Sequence record: MW349128.1
DNA length: 64,000 nt
Strand: one strand, 5' to 3'
DNA from: Staphylococcus phage Machias
The notes under the pieces were generated by a model that was not told the origin of the DNA, ran no database searches, and saw only the letters and a program-made list of their open reading frames with translations. A program made the position numbers and the translations under genes. Of this stretch, positions 1 to 9,456 are shown piece after piece; positions within the stretch are counted from its first letter, which is position 1, and each line of letters begins with the position of its first letter.

Positions 1-74
1 ATAAAAAAATAAAAAACAGAAATAACTCATAACTTATAAAGTTTTTTATTACCAAGAGGGAGAGTGTCGGATAA

Positions 75-1697
75 TTGAGTAAATACTTAAGTAAAGTTAC
101 AAAGAACATCAACGAAGACATTAGCAAAAAAGAACCATTTAACGAAGACGTAATTTATTTCAGACAAAATGAAAGTTTAGAAAAAATCATCTCAGATATT
201 TATCGATCAGTAGAATTTATTAAAGGAATTAAATTCTTAGATTGTAAAGTTGTTTCACCAAGTCAGGTTTATGAATATAATCAAATGACAGATAAACAAC
301 TTAAATCTAAAGATTATAGAAAAATCAATGTTGAAGAATCTAAATTACTGGAAGTTCAAATTACAGTAGAATTTGAAGATTCAGAAGGTAATAAAGAAGA
401 ATATACACACAAATTAGATTTCCCTGAACTTATTGAAGGTCAATACTACTATATCAATAATAACAAATTTTTCCCAATTCTACAATTAGCTGATGCTGAA
501 TTTTATAAACCAAAAGCTAGTACTGTAGTAATGAAAAACTTATTACAACCACTATCAGTTAACGGATCTAAAAAAGACACTATTATGGATGACGATAATA
601 AGATGTCTAATTTCCAAAGAGGAAGAACTCTATATCTAGAAGTGTTCAATAAAAATAAGAGTGTTCCAGCATTTATGTTCTTTGTTGCAAAAATGGGATT
701 TGACGAAACATTTGAATTTTTAGAAATTAAAGACCATTGTGAAGTAATAGATATTAATGATGATAAAGAAGATAATTACTATTACTTTAAAATTAATAAT
801 AAACTTTCTTTAAAAGTTGAAAAAGAATGGTTAGATGTTGATGATCGTTATAGAAATTCTATGATCCTTTGTATTAAAGATTTATTCAAAGGAATGAGAG
901 CTGGATTAGATAAAATATACGATAGAGAATTCTGGTTAAAGGCTTTAGGTTCTATCTTCAGTGGTTCAACTAATATTGACACTAAAATAGATAAAGCGAA
1001 TTCAATGATACTTTCATTTGATCGTATATTAGATAGTCGTACTCAAGCTATATCACGATTAGAAAAAGAAGATAAAGAATCAACTTATCATGTGGTTAAA
1101 TACATGTTTAAGAACTTTGATAATCTTAACTTATTAGATAATACAGATTTAGCTAATAAACGATTAAGAGTATTAGAATACTTAACTTATCCACTGAATA
1201 GGAAAAATTCTGATACATCTTACCGTATGATTAACTTCTCAGATAAAAAACGTACTATTAAAAACCTTAAAGGTTTATTCTCAGGAGTACCTAGAGATTA
1301 TCTATTGAAAACTATTGGAACTTCTGATGGTATACGTTATTCTAATGCAGTTAATACAATTGATTTATTTACTAGAATTCTTAAAATGACTAAAGCAGGT
1401 CCACAATCAGCTGTAGACACTAGTAAACCATCTATTAGAACAATCAATATCAATAACACTTATTTCGGTAGAATTGATTTGATTGCTACTTCATCAAATA
1501 ATCCAGGTATTACTCGTACGTTAACTCCATTCTGTGAAGTTAAAGATCCTGGTGAGAATGGTTCATTCTATTTTGAAAATAAACCTAATATCAAAGAAAT
1601 TGAAGATATTGAAAATATTGATAAATTAGAGAAAGAAAATGATGATCAGGAAGTTGTTATGGACATTAAAGAAATTGTAGAAGAAGGAGAAGATTAA
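75..1697 (+). CDS. hypothetical protein; possible RNAP-associated subunit fragment
   Basis: 540-aa ORF with TTG start after an AGAGGGAGAG RBS. It ends 4 nt before the beta-prime-like gene, so the two are probably co-transcribed. There is a weak resemblance (EGQYYYINNNKFFPILQL) to the beta-subunit INGxERVxVSQL motif. The identification is not secure. Confidence 0.35.
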   Translation: MSKYLSKVTKNINEDISKKEPFNEDVIYFRQNESLEKIISDIYRSVEFIKGIKFLDCKVVSPSQVYEYNQMTDKQLKSKDYRKINVEESKLLEVQITVEFEDSEGNKEEYTHKLDFPELIEGQYYYINNNKFFPILQLADAEFYKPKASTVVMKNLLQPLSVNGSKKDTIMDDDNKMSNFQRGRTLYLEVFNKNKSVPAFMFFVAKMGFDETFEFLEIKDHCEVIDINDDKEDNYYYFKINNKLSLKVEKEWLDVDDRYRNSMILCIKDLFKGMRAGLDKIYDREFWLKALGSIFSGSTNIDTKIDKANSMILSFDRILDSRTQAISRLEKEDKESTYHVVKYMFKNFDNLNLLDNTDLANKRLRVLEYLTYPLNRKNSDTSYRMINFSDKKRTIKNLKGLFSGVPRDYLLKTIGTSDGIRYSNAVNTIDLFTRILKMTKAGPQSAVDTSKPSIRTININNTYFGRIDLIATSSNNPGITRTLTPFCEVKDPGENGSFYFENKPNIKEIEDIENIDKLEKENDDQEVVMDIKEIVEEGED

Positions 1698-1700
1698 GTT

Positions 1701-2822
1701 ATGGTTAGATTTTTACTCAAGAAAAAGGATTTAGAAAATGTTCCAGTTGTAACTAATCATGAATCAATTGATAAGAAAGGTGATTTCACTGAAGATGGTA
1801 TCTTCAGTGAGAAAATCTTTGGTCCTGATTCAGAAGCAGATAATATTACTAATGAAGCTATTGTAGATTTAGGTAATAATTATATTTTAAATCCGTTAGG
1901 TTATGAACGTGTTAAAAAATTAATTGGTAATAAAAGATTCCAAGAAATTATTAGTTCTGAAAAACCTATTGATGAAAATGGTAATGTAATTGAACCTGAA
2001 GATGATCATAACTCTTATATTGGTTTAATTGAATTTAGAAAGAATTTCTTAAAAATTCTTAAAGAAGAAGTTAAACGTGAAAAACGTAAAACTAAAGATT
2101 ACAATAGAGTAGTACAATGGTATTTATCTGATTTACTATTCCAAAATTATGTAACTGTATTTAGTCCTAAATTAAGACCTGCTACAGTTAATAAAGCTAC
2201 TAAAACTTTTAGACATTCTGAAATTAATAAAGATTATAATTTATTAATTGCTCATAGTAATAGTATTAAAGAACTTGATAGACATTATACAGATGATTCA
2301 GTAGAGTTACAAAAATTAAATCTATTAAGTAAAATTCAAGATGATAGTATTAATATTAGTGATCGTGTAATTAATGAGAATATTAAAGGTAAAGGTGGAA
2401 CTATTCGTAAATTACTAATGGGTAGTCGTGTTGGTTTTTCTGCACGTTCAGTAATTGTTCCAGCACCTGATCTTAAATTAAATGAAATTAGATTAAATTA
2501 TACTATTTTCTTAGAAGTTTATAAACCTATCTTAGCAAATTTAATGTATGTAACAGAAAATATTCCTTTAGCTAAAGGTGAAGAAATATTAGACAGAGCA
2601 CTAGATACATTTAATCCTAAAGTATATAAATATATGAGAGAACTAGTTGATAAAACTGAAAATGGAATGAGAGTTATTTTAAATAGGAATCCCAGTATTA
2701 GTGAAAGCTCAGTTCAAATATTGAAAATTAAAGATATTATTCAAGATATAGAATCATCAGTAGTAGGTATTAGTAATAATATACTTGCTGGTATGGGTTA
2801 TAAAGGTAGCCTTTCATTATAG
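1701..2822 (+). CDS. multisubunit RNA polymerase beta-prime-like subunit, N-terminal fragment, exon 1
   Basis: GKGGTIRKLLMGSRVGFSARSVIVPAPDLKLNEIRL matches the universal beta-prime motif RxNLLGKRVDxSGRSVIVxGPxLKL. Downstream, VILNRNPSISES matches LLNRAPTLHRLG. The ORF stops (TAG) exactly where NADFDGD should be, and the coding sequence resumes after the intron region. The true exon end is probably a few codons before the annotated stop. Confidence 0.75.
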   Translation: MVRFLLKKKDLENVPVVTNHESIDKKGDFTEDGIFSEKIFGPDSEADNITNEAIVDLGNNYILNPLGYERVKKLIGNKRFQEIISSEKPIDENGNVIEPEDDHNSYIGLIEFRKNFLKILKEEVKREKRKTKDYNRVVQWYLSDLLFQNYVTVFSPKLRPATVNKATKTFRHSEINKDYNLLIAHSNSIKELDRHYTDDSVELQKLNLLSKIQDDSINISDRVINENIKGKGGTIRKLLMGSRVGFSARSVIVPAPDLKLNEIRLNYTIFLEVYKPILANLMYVTENIPLAKGEEILDRALDTFNPKVYKYMRELVDKTENGMRVILNRNPSISESSVQILKIKDIIQDIESSVVGISNNILAGMGYKGSLSL

Positions 2823-2975
2823 TGATATAATGTCAAAAGAATTTTAATTGCTGAGAAGATTATTAAATTAATCAGCATCGATCAAAATGATTGTTCAACG
2901 ACTAAATAAATTCACTCACTAATATGAGTTTGATATAGTCTAATCTTCATAGAAAAATCTCTATGAAGTTAATAT
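2823..2975 (+). mobile_element. group I (IA-type) intron, copy 1, in the beta-prime gene
   Basis: Canonical core elements are present: P TTAATTGCTGAGAAG (2845), Q AATCAGCATC (2870), R GTTCAACGACTAAATA (2893), S TGATATAGTCT (2931), and a P9-like hairpin CTTCATAGA/TCTATGAAG (2945-2968). Boundaries are approximate. Confidence 0.65.
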
Positions 2976-3166
2976 ACATGGCCGATTAAATAATAGTCGC
3001 TTTAAATTGAGAGATTTATAGAAAAGAATATTAATTGCTGAGAAGATTATTAAATTAATCAGCATCAAGTTAATACAATTTGTTCAACGACTAAATATAT
3101 TCTACCTTAAATGGTAATGATATAGTCTCGTCTATATGATAATATTTATATAGATTAAGATAAACG
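2976..3166 (+). mobile_element. group I intron, copy 2 (in tandem with copy 1), in the beta-prime gene
   Basis: P TTAATTGCTGAGAAG (3031), Q AATCAGCATC (3057), R GTTCAACGACTAAATA (3082), S GATATAGTCTCG (3118). The element ends before the in-frame YDGD exon. Boundaries are approximate. Confidence 0.6.
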
Positions 3167-3373
3167 TATGATGGTGATACTTTAAATATTATAGCACTAT
3201 TTTCAGAAGAACAATACGAACAGTTAAAAGTTCAAGATCCAGTAAATCAATTAATTTCATATAATGATGGATTATTTAATAGAACTTACTCGCTTAATAA
3301 AGACTCACAAATAGCTGTTTATTTACTAAATAACCCTAAATCAAAAAATGTAGGTATTAAAGCTAGTGAATAA
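3167..3373 (+). CDS. RNAP beta-prime-like N-terminal fragment, exon 2 (begins at the catalytic YDGD)
   Basis: An unlisted in-frame fragment reads (T)YDGDTLNIIALFSEEQYEQLKVQDPVNQLISYNDGLFNRTY...KASE*. It aligns to E. coli beta-prime [21 protein letters not shown]. It has no start codon and an in-frame TAA lies immediately upstream, so it must be joined by splicing. Confidence 0.6.
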   Translation, partial: YDGDTLNIIALFSEEQYEQLKVQDPVNQLISYNDGLFNRTYSLNKDSQIAVYLLNNPKSKNVGIKASE

Positions 3374-3444
3374 GTAATTTTAATGGATAATCTTTATGAT
3401 TATCCATTCTTATTATACTTTATAAATATGGAGGATTTTATAGA

Positions 3445-4020
3445 ATGATAAAATATAAAACGAATAATGAAAAGAATTTAATCGATATGGCTGAAAAATC
3501 GTTAGATATATTTTATGAAGAAATTTATAAAGAATTACTTAAGATTGATCAGGATTATATTAATCAAGATATTATTAATGATATTATAAAAGAATCTAAC
3601 ATTTTTAAAGATAATTCTAAAAAACATATTAAAAAGATTGTTAACAATGATATTAATAAAGTTGTAAGTGTAACTTTAACTACAACACATTATGAAATAT
3701 CTAGATTTTTATGTAATACTTTTGCTGAAAGACTTAATATGGTTTTAAATGCTTTATATAGAGTTAATAAAGGAACTTTAGGACATAAATATGAAAATGA
3801 ATCATTAGGAATAAGTGGTACTTATGATATAACTGATGGAATTAATACGTGGAAAAACGAATTAATTTCAGAAATATATAATACAACTAATTTCTTAGAA
3901 AATGTCATTAAAAGTAGAATTAGAAAATATATTAGAAGTAATTTTAATTATAAAAAATTAGATAATACTGGTGCTTATACATTTAACAATAATATTTTTA
4001 TTGATAGACTATTAAATTGA
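3445..4020 (+). CDS. hypothetical protein
   Basis: 191-aa ORF with a GGAGG RBS and no recognisable motifs. Confidence 0.6.
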   Translation: MIKYKTNNEKNLIDMAEKSLDIFYEEIYKELLKIDQDYINQDIINDIIKESNIFKDNSKKHIKKIVNNDINKVVSVTLTTTHYEISRFLCNTFAERLNMVLNALYRVNKGTLGHKYENESLGISGTYDITDGINTWKNELISEIYNTTNFLENVIKSRIRKYIRSNFNYKKLDNTGAYTFNNNIFIDRLLN

Positions 4021-4668
4021 ATGGAGAAATGCGACATGAATAAACGACAAAGAAAAAAGTTAGAAAAAGAAATTAAATTAGAAAACTCAAATAACGAAAA
4101 AATTATAGATTTGCCAAAAAATAATATTAAAAAGGATGATTCAAAAATGACTAAAAAACAAACAACTACTAAAGGTACACCAAAATTAACTAAAGAACAA
4201 GTTCACTTTATTGCTGGTTTAATCGATAAAGGACATGGTAATACTTACATTTTAAAAGAATTCAAAGAGAAATATGGAATTGAAAGAAAAACTCACACTA
4301 TTACTCATATTCGTAGAGCTGAATATTTTGGACATTTAACTGAAGATTATAGATTTGCTAAAGAAGGATATCCTACATTTAACGAATATAAGAAAATTTT
4401 ACGTGGAGACGATGTTAAACCAAGTAAAGTAGAATTAGCTGTAGAAACTGTAGTTGAATCACCTACAGTAGAGAAAACAAAAGAAGCTGCAGAAGGTCTT
4501 AAAAATAAAACAGAAGAAAAAGCTAAAGATATTAAATCTAAAATGCAAAATGTTCAAAAAGATCCTGAAACTGGTAAAGAATATCGTGATAATGTAGATA
4601 TTAAAAAAGCAGGAAAACAAGAATCTATCTTTGATAAGATTGTTCGAAAAATTATTAATCTATTATAA
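4021..4668 (+). CDS. hypothetical basic protein (start more likely at 4036)
   Basis: Lys-rich 215-aa ORF. The internal ATG at 4036 has a better GGAG spacing. The central region looks like a helix-turn-helix, which is weak evidence. Confidence 0.55.
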   Translation: MEKCDMNKRQRKKLEKEIKLENSNNEKIIDLPKNNIKKDDSKMTKKQTTTKGTPKLTKEQVHFIAGLIDKGHGNTYILKEFKEKYGIERKTHTITHIRRAEYFGHLTEDYRFAKEGYPTFNEYKKILRGDDVKPSKVELAVETVVESPTVEKTKEAAEGLKNKTEEKAKDIKSKMQNVQKDPETGKEYRDNVDIKKAGKQESIFDKIVRKIINLL

Positions 4669-4682
4669 TATAAAAGAAAGAA

Positions 4683-5744
4683 GTGTTAATCTACATGAGT
4701 AAATACGATTTAACTTTATACCATCATTTAAAACAGAATGTTAATCCATGTAGATTAACTTCTTCTCAAGATGAAACAATGGTTAGATGTCCATTTTGTG
4801 GTGATTCTAAAAAATCTAATAAATCAACACATATGTATATTCAAAATAATACACCATTTAAATATTTCTGTCAGAGATGTAATGCTTCAGGAGTTATGAA
4901 TAGTAAAGTATTAGAAATGCTAAACTCTAATCAAGCTGATATTGGTAGTTATATTAATAGTGAATATAATAATTATTTATCTAACTTAAATAGAAAATAC
5001 GGTAAAAGTTTTATAGATAGAAATACTAAAATATTAGATTACTATCCAGATCAATATAATGAATTAGAAATAGGAAAAATTAATTATATCAATGAAAGAT
5101 TAGGAATTAATATTAGTGAATCAGATATTGATTTATATAAACTGATATTAAATATAAATGATTTCTATAGAAAAAATAATTTTGATATGGACAATACGCT
5201 TCAAATAAATACATTAAATCAAAATTATTTTAGTTATATGTTAAATGATAGAAACACTATAAATTGTAGAAAAATGTTTAATGAAGTTACTGGTAGAAAA
5301 CACTTTAAACAAAAGATATTTAAAAATCTAGCAGAAGAAAGTAATAGATTTTATTCAATCACGAATAATTTGGCATTGGATCAAAATGTGTATAACATTC
5401 ATATAGCAGAAGGTTTCTTTGACATTATATCTATATTTAATCATATTCATAATAGGGAGATAAATGACAATGATTTATTTATAGCTAATAATGGAAAAGG
5501 ATATAAATTTGTATTTGATTATTTAAGTAAATTAGGTTTACTTAATATGAATATAAATATTTATTCAGATAAAGATGTTAAATTATCAGATTATAAAAGT
5601 TATAGAATGTTGGGCAATTCAATTGCAGTTAAACTTAATGATGCTAATATTTATTACAATTTACATGAAGAAGAAAAAGACTTTGGAGTTCCTAAAGAAA
5701 GAATTAAATTATCAGATCCAATATTATTTAGTAGTATTAAATAA
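4683..5744 (+). CDS. putative DNA primase (zinc ribbon plus TOPRIM-like)
   Basis: An N-terminal CPFCGDS...CQRCNASG Cys4 zinc ribbon of the kind found in phage primases is followed by IAEGFFDII and YSDKD acidic motifs consistent with a TOPRIM domain. The call rests on motifs only. Confidence 0.4.
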   Translation: MLIYMSKYDLTLYHHLKQNVNPCRLTSSQDETMVRCPFCGDSKKSNKSTHMYIQNNTPFKYFCQRCNASGVMNSKVLEMLNSNQADIGSYINSEYNNYLSNLNRKYGKSFIDRNTKILDYYPDQYNELEIGKINYINERLGINISESDIDLYKLILNINDFYRKNNFDMDNTLQINTLNQNYFSYMLNDRNTINCRKMFNEVTGRKHFKQKIFKNLAEESNRFYSITNNLALDQNVYNIHIAEGFFDIISIFNHIHNREINDNDLFIANNGKGYKFVFDYLSKLGLLNMNINIYSDKDVKLSDYKSYRMLGNSIAVKLNDANIYYNLHEEEKDFGVPKERIKLSDPILFSSIK

Positions 5745-5751
5745 GAAATAA

Positions 5752-5800
5752 ATATATATTATAAATAGGTAATGAGCAAATATTATAACGCTCATTACCT
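5752..5800 (+). promoter_or_regulatory. early-type promoter box TATATTATAA plus 11-bp-stem 5' hairpin
   Basis: ATATATATTATAAATAGG followed by AGGTAATGAGC...GCTCATTACCT. The SD and ATG are about 20 nt downstream. Confidence 0.45.
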
Positions 5801-5816
5801 ATATTAAATTATTAAA

Positions 5817-6344
5817 ATGGAGAGTGAAATGGATATGTCAAACAAACAAGAAATTTTTACATTTGAAGAAATATTTAAAGAATTAACGGATTTTCAAACA
5901 AGTAGTAAATTGGAAGAATTTCCTAATAAGAATATTTTAAAAGGTATATTAGAGAATATCAGTAATAAGAGAGATTTAGAAAATAATAAAATGTATATAA
6001 GTATCAATATTAATAATTCACTAAAAGAATTAAAGAACATTGAAGATAATATAATTGATATCTTCAAAGATAATGAAGTTAATGAAACTGATAAAGAGAA
6101 TATCAGTACTTTATTAAAAACATCAAGTGATATTAAAACAAATATTAATAAAGATGATTATAAATCAGTATTAATATTAGAAACATCTTTAGATGAAATT
6201 ATTAATAAAATTAATAAAGATGAATTTAATAATAAAGATCTTAAAGAACTTTATGTATCAACTTATAATAATTTATCAGTAACATTAATGTCATATAAAT
6301 TACTTAAATTAATAGACGGATTTGACAAAATTAAAAACGGATAA
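5817..6344 (+). CDS. hypothetical protein
   Basis: 175-aa ORF preceded by a TATATTATAA box, a hairpin and a GGAG. Confidence 0.6.
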   Translation: MESEMDMSNKQEIFTFEEIFKELTDFQTSSKLEEFPNKNILKGILENISNKRDLENNKMYISININNSLKELKNIEDNIIDIFKDNEVNETDKENISTLLKTSSDIKTNINKDDYKSVLILETSLDEIINKINKDEFNNKDLKELYVSTYNNLSVTLMSYKLLKLIDGFDKIKNG

Positions 6345-6358
6345 GGGTGAAATGAATT

Positions 6359-6976
6359 ATGAAAAATAAATTTCTAATATTTCAAGATAAAGACAATAAT
6401 AATTATTTATTATTGTCTAATTTTGAATTTAATAAAAAGGTTAAACCAGATTACACGCATGATATAAAAGATATTAATGAAGTTGTTAAATTCAATAAAA
6501 AAGGAAAAAATCAATTTAAAATGAGATTTGATTTCCATACAGGTCATATCGTTAGATTTAATGAATTTTACAATTATCTAGATAATATTGATAAAGACTT
6601 TAAAAATTCAAATGCTAAAATTATTGATAATATTATGAATTCTGATTTAAAATCAGTTGATAAAGTTAATATTATTTATACAGGAAATAAAACAGAAGAT
6701 AATGAAATAATTAAGACTAACTTATACTTTATTATACCTGTTGATATTGATACCATTGAATTAAACGAACATATTTCTAAAATAGATACTACTCTTATGA
6801 ATAAACGTTTAAATGATGTTTTTAAATCAGAGACGGTGAATCAGAAAATTCTTAATCTTAAACCAAGCGTAACAGAGATTAATATACTATCTAAACAGAG
6901 TAAAATTATAGATGAATATTTTAAAGATATTGATCAAGAATATAATTTTATTAATGAATTTAGTAAATCAGAATAG
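6359..6976 (+). CDS. hypothetical protein
   Basis: 205-aa ORF tightly packed after the previous gene. Confidence 0.6.
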   Translation: MKNKFLIFQDKDNNNYLLLSNFEFNKKVKPDYTHDIKDINEVVKFNKKGKNQFKMRFDFHTGHIVRFNEFYNYLDNIDKDFKNSNAKIIDNIMNSDLKSVDKVNIIYTGNKTEDNEIIKTNLYFIIPVDIDTIELNEHISKIDTTLMNKRLNDVFKSETVNQKILNLKPSVTEINILSKQSKIIDEYFKDIDQEYNFINEFSKSE

Positions 6977-6995
6977 AAAGAATGTGTTTTAAATT

Positions 6996-7721
6996 ATGAT
7001 GGATTTAATAAATAAATTAAATTTTATATCATTGATATTAAATATACCTTTCTTATTAATATCAATATATATTACATTTTATTTTTATACCTATAAGAAT
7101 ATAAAAGATAAAAAGAATAGTATATATGATATTGCTCCAGTTTCTTTTACAGTTTATTTAAGTTTATTATTAATAATATTTTTACAAATTATAATTGATG
7201 ATATATCTTCATATGGAAATTTAATATGGAATTGGAGCATTTTAATCGTAATATTAAGTGCAATAATTATTAATATATTATTAGATTTAGCATTTGTTGG
7301 TTTTATTAAAATGAAAAGTATTTTAAGAATATTTATTGTTGCTAATATATTTTTATTTGGTTTATTAATATCCGATTCTTCTATATTAAATTCAGTATTT
7401 ATGTTTTTTATAATGATATTACTTATAATAACGGTATTACATTATTCTTCAGATTATGGAATATATAAAGATAAAAGTATGAGAGTTACTTTTGCCTCAT
7501 TCTTTTCTTTATTTCCATTAATATTTTCAATACTAATTTTAAATATGAATACAATAAATTTTGAATTATCGCATTACAATATTAATAATAATGTCAATGA
7601 AAAATATATAATTATATCAATTCAAATATTATTATTACTATGGAATATGGTTGTAATTATATTTAAAGGTTTCAATATTAATATTTACACAGTAATAAAA
7701 GAATTAATAAAATTGAGGTAA
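6996..7721 (+). CDS. polytopic membrane protein
   Basis: 241 aa with at least six hydrophobic segments, followed by a perfect 13-bp-stem terminator. Confidence 0.6.
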   Translation: MMDLINKLNFISLILNIPFLLISIYITFYFYTYKNIKDKKNSIYDIAPVSFTVYLSLLLIIFLQIIIDDISSYGNLIWNWSILIVILSAIIINILLDLAFVGFIKMKSILRIFIVANIFLFGLLISDSSILNSVFMFFIMILLIITVLHYSSDYGIYKDKSMRVTFASFFSLFPLIFSILILNMNTINFELSHYNINNNVNEKYIIISIQILLLLWNMVVIIFKGFNINIYTVIKELIKLR

Positions 7722-7763
7722 TGATCATTAATTTGATCATTACCTCTAATATTTTTTTTTTTT
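7715..7763 (+). terminator. rho-independent terminator
   Basis: GAGGTAATGATCA TTAATT TGATCATTACCTC perfect 13-bp stem followed by T13. Confidence 0.7.
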
Positions 7764-7785
7764 CGTAATTATCATTTATTTAAAT

Positions 7786-7830
7786 ATATATTATAATAAT
7801 GAAGATATATAATATATAATGATATATCTT
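7786..7830 (+). promoter_or_regulatory. TATATTATAAT box plus hairpin module
   Basis: TATATTATAATAATGAAG then AAGATATAT...ATATATCTT. Confidence 0.45.
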
Positions 7831-7855
7831 AAATAAATAAAAAGGAGATGAATTA

Positions 7856-8098
7856 ATGTTTATATTAGATATAATAATTGCTTTATTATATTATACGTTA
7901 ATACCAGTAGCGATAGCTTTTGGATCTTTTGAAATTTCTAAATATTTATCTACTTATTTAGAGAATTATATATTTAAAAGAAAATTAAGCTTAAGGACAA
8001 AACTTATATTAGCAATATCACTTGTAATGTTAACATCAATAGTAAAATCAATAGTTGAAATGCGAGTACATGTTGTATCTAGTTTTCTAGGTCTATAA
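7856..8098 (+). CDS. small membrane protein
   Basis: 80 aa with two predicted TM segments. It is preceded by a promoter-hairpin module and a GGAG. Confidence 0.55.
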   Translation: MFILDIIIALLYYTLIPVAIAFGSFEISKYLSTYLENYIFKRKLSLRTKLILAISLVMLTSIVKSIVEMRVHVVSSFLGL

Positions 8099-8120
8099 TT
8101 TTCTATGATCCAACAAAAAA
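8089..8120 (+). promoter_or_regulatory. conserved box AGGTCTATAATTTTCTATGATCCAACA (copy 1)
   Basis: One of four copies, each about 30 nt upstream of an SD and ATG, each containing TTTTCTATGATCCA. Confidence 0.4.
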
Positions 8121-8144
8121 TAAGAATTAACGGAGGAATTTATT

Positions 8145-8774
8145 ATGATAAAAGTAAATAAAAAAGTTAAAAAGGGTTTATTCAATAATGGCATTAAAAT
8201 TAAAACAGAAAATACTTATACAAAAGTAATTAATGAATATACAGATATTCTAAATGATACGATTAATGATGAAGATCTTAAAAATAATGTAGTTTTTAAA
8301 GATAGTCTTAAATTTATCATTTATTATGTAGGAAAGCTTAGAGAAGATGCTTTATTACAAAATCAAGATAATGAAACTAAATTAGATATTTTTGAATTAT
8401 CTAAGGATTTAAAATATTTTAAATCTATTCTTGATAGTAAATTATTTGACTCTAAATTGATACTTCAATCAACAGGTTTTAAATTAACAAATGGAAACTC
8501 ATATTCAATGATAATAAAAAGTATTAAAAATTTATTAGATGAATTGATAAAAACAATCAATGATAAAGATAATAAAATAATTTACGAAAATGCTTATCAT
8601 TATCTTAATGAATTAAATATCTTCTTAGAAAATAAAACAAATATTGAAAAGGAGATACGAGTAAATAAATATGACATATTAGAATTTATACCAAATAATG
8701 AAAATATAGATAAAGATGAATTTTATATTATGGTTAACCATTTATATGATTTAGGTGTTTTAGAAAAAGCGTAA
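8145..8774 (+). CDS. hypothetical protein
   Basis: 209-aa ORF with a GGAGG RBS. Confidence 0.6.
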   Translation: MIKVNKKVKKGLFNNGIKIKTENTYTKVINEYTDILNDTINDEDLKNNVVFKDSLKFIIYYVGKLREDALLQNQDNETKLDIFELSKDLKYFKSILDSKLFDSKLILQSTGFKLTNGNSYSMIIKSIKNLLDELIKTINDKDNKIIYENAYHYLNELNIFLENKTNIEKEIRVNKYDILEFIPNNENIDKDEFYIMVNHLYDLGVLEKA

Positions 8775-8792
8775 TGTATACTAAAATAAGTA

Positions 8793-8836
8793 TATATTAT
8801 AATAATGAAGAAAGATAAAATATTAATATCTTTCTA
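8793..8836 (+). promoter_or_regulatory. TATATTATAAT box plus hairpin module
   Basis: TATATTATAATAATGAAGAAAGAT...ATCTTTCT. Confidence 0.45.
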
Positions 8837-8860
8837 ATAAAAATTAAAGGAGAAATTATT

Positions 8861-9028
8861 ATGAAAAACTTAGTATTAAAAACATTAGTGGGATTTGGAG
8901 TAGGAATCGTATTAGGAGTAATTAACAATAAGATTGACGAATTAATTATGCAAAAGGAAATGGAAAAACAAGTTCTTAAAAGAGCTTCAGAAATAACGTT
9001 TGAACATCCGTTTTCTAATTTAGGATAG
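8861..9028 (+). CDS. small single-TM protein (not in the ORF track; paralog of 10201-10368)
   Basis: MKNLVLKTLVGFGVGIVLGV...QKEMEKQVLKRASEITFEHPFSNLG is 55 aa and about 70% identical to the 10201-10368 product, with the same upstream promoter-hairpin-SD module. Confidence 0.55.
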   Translation: MKNLVLKTLVGFGVGIVLGVINNKIDELIMQKEMEKQVLKRASEITFEHPFSNLG

Positions 9029-9054
9029 AGGAGGAAAGAGGATAACTGTTTTAA

Positions 9055-9115
9055 AGACTTAATGAATATAATGTATCAAGTTCATTAGGTCTATAATTTT
9101 CTATGATCCAACAAT
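9055..9115 (+). terminator. 12-bp hairpin (AGACTTAATGAA/TTCATTAGGTCT) fused to the conserved TATAATTTTCTATGATCCAACA box (copy 2)
   Basis: Stem-loop followed by a U-rich ATAATTTTC. The box continues to an SD. Confidence 0.45.
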
Positions 9116-9134
9116 AAAAAGGAGCTAAAAATCA

Positions 9135-9443
9135 ATGAATAACAAAAATAAATTAGTAGAGTTAAGAAAAGAATTAAAAACTGTATATTCAAATATAGGA
9201 ATAAACAGATCATTCACTATAAGAGAAAGACTTCATAAAGAAAAAGAAAGATTAATTAAAGAAATTAATGAACTAGAAAAAGATGAAAAAACTTTCGATA
9301 GAGAAAAACATATAGCGAGAGTTAAAGATCAGAATAATGATAATATTTACAAAGGATCAGATGAATTTTCTAAAGCAGGTAGACTTCATAGAAAATATCA
9401 GAAACAAGAGAAACACGCAATTTTCAATAATTCAGAACAATAA
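9135..9443 (+). CDS. hypothetical protein (paralog of 10754-11077)
   Basis: Shares the AKAGRLH C-terminal motif with the 10754 ORF. Confidence 0.55.
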   Translation: MNNKNKLVELRKELKTVYSNIGINRSFTIRERLHKEKERLIKEINELEKDEKTFDREKHIARVKDQNNDNIYKGSDEFSKAGRLHRKYQKQEKHAIFNNSEQ

Positions 9444-9456
9444 AGGAGAAATAATT

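Noticed and set aside
2971-3013. Specific micro-exon GCCGAT (Ala-Asp) completing NADFDGD between the two beta-prime introns
   Set aside because: No reading-frame-consistent junction could be derived by eye. It is kept only as a hypothesis within the beta-prime finding and not annotated as a feature.
8101-8120. AR9-type late-promoter pattern AACA(N6)TW within the CCAACAAAAAA box
   Set aside because: The spacing is inconsistent between the four copies, with only one fitting exactly. It is reported only as a conserved box of unknown function.
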